This document shows positions 32,042 through 32,827 of a stretch of 32,827 nt of DNA, piece by piece. The notes beneath the pieces were generated by a model that was not told the DNA's origin, made no database searches, and was given only the letters and a program-made list of their open reading frames with translations. Source of the stretch: Blastocystis sp. subtype 4 (taxonomy: Eukaryota); contig NW_014569444.1 of assembly GCF_000743755.1 (NCBI RefSeq), forward strand, positions 1 to 32,827. Reading direction: 5' to 3'. A program made the translations under genes and the position numbers. How positions within the stretch are numbered: the stretch's first letter is position 1; the number at the start of each line of letters is the position of its first letter.

Positions 32042-32827
32042 TCACCAGTATTTATCGAAAGGATGTCGCATGAAGACCAGTTCATTTTGCTCGTTTATCA
32101 AATAGCTAAAGACCTTATGGATGCTCATTTTGATAACAAATAAGCCTAAAGGATCATAATCTTGATCTTCATCAGTCATCGAATAAACCAGTTGGTTAGC
32201 ATTGTAGAATGCCTTCATCCGAATTTGTTTTCGAGTGAGTGAGGTAAGATCTATTTCACATAGAATCATCAACCATCACTTTTCAGTGTCACTGTTCCGC
32301 ATTCCAAAAGTTGTAATCTCCTTAGAGAAGAGATAAGAGAGGAAGATCTGTTCAGTCAATCAGTATTACTCATAGTGGCCATTATCAAAGAATTTGATTC
32401 TTTAGTATCATAAGCTCCTTCAAGGGATTTTGATCCAAGAAAGATAGATTGAAGTTGAGCCAGATCTCTCATCATCCATTCAATCATACAGAATGACTAT
32501 TTGAATATATTTCTCTTCTATACTGAATGGATATCAGAGAAGAGAGATTCTTACATTCAAATGATTCATACCAACAGAATGAACCCCTTCCAATGTGGAT
32601 GTCATTCAGTTGATCACAATTCATTATTGAAAATCCGCTTCCTTTTCTCGATAATAGATTGTTGAAACTATTCTTTCCAATGATGATAGTCTCCAATTCA
32701 TTCAATCCATCAATCACAAATCGAGTCGCATTCTCAAAACAATCATTTCCAATCTCAATTCGTTTCAATGATATCAATGAATTGTTCAATATCAATGATG
32801 ATATATCAGGATTGAAATCATCAGCAA
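32042..32827 (-). pseudogene. Degenerate leucine-rich-repeat protein (LKRIEIGNDCF/LETIIIGKNSF type), 5' end outside the window
   Basis: Repeats LxxIxIGxxxF and (D/N)LxxLxxI. Apparent in-frame TAA at 32322-32324 followed by a frameshift; the expected donor reads CTATGAG instead of GTATGAG near 32375. Confidence 0.6.

Noticed and set aside
1..32827. Alternative genetic code or stop-codon readthrough to explain fragmented ORFs
   Set aside because: Almost all interruptions are resolved by about 30-nt GT-AG introns under the standard code.
1..32827. tRNA, rRNA or transposon sequences
   Set aside because: None recognised by eye; tRNAscan-SE, Infernal and a repeat search would be needed to exclude small elements.

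Overview
Eukaryotic, very gene-dense, AT-rich genomic DNA (about 40% GC by eye) with about 18 intron-split genes. Introns are GT-AG and mostly about 28-35 nt, spacers are often under 100 bp, and a TGTTTGTT element follows most gene ends. These traits point to the stramenopile gut protist Blastocystis (inference). Genes in order: PMCA-type Ca2+ ATPase (partial, two frameshifts), weak GAA1-like membrane protein, VPS26, small membrane protein, eIF3i, LMBRD1-like, ZNF598/Hel2, DUF229-like membrane protein, glutathione reductase, Tctex1, GT31 galactosyltransferase, BRO1/ALIX-like with a C-terminal RanBP2-type zinc finger, two-RRM UBA2-like protein, CDK10/11, ZC3HC1/NIPA-like with a large acidic repeat insert, Hsp10, TONSL/TONSOKU-like, a frameshifted secreted (PT)n protein and a degenerate LRR gene. 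Main signal: in several genes a T sits in codon position 1 with exactly 4 nt between it and the TGTTTGTT element, so polyadenylation should create the UAA stop. This phenomenon is already known in Blastocystis; here it predicts shorter C-termini than the ORF track gives. Other signals: a recurring palindromic CCGCGG element with constrained flanks, back-to-back 3' elements between convergent genes, frameshifting microdeletions, and ATG-only first exons. All exon structures were inferred by hand without transcript data.
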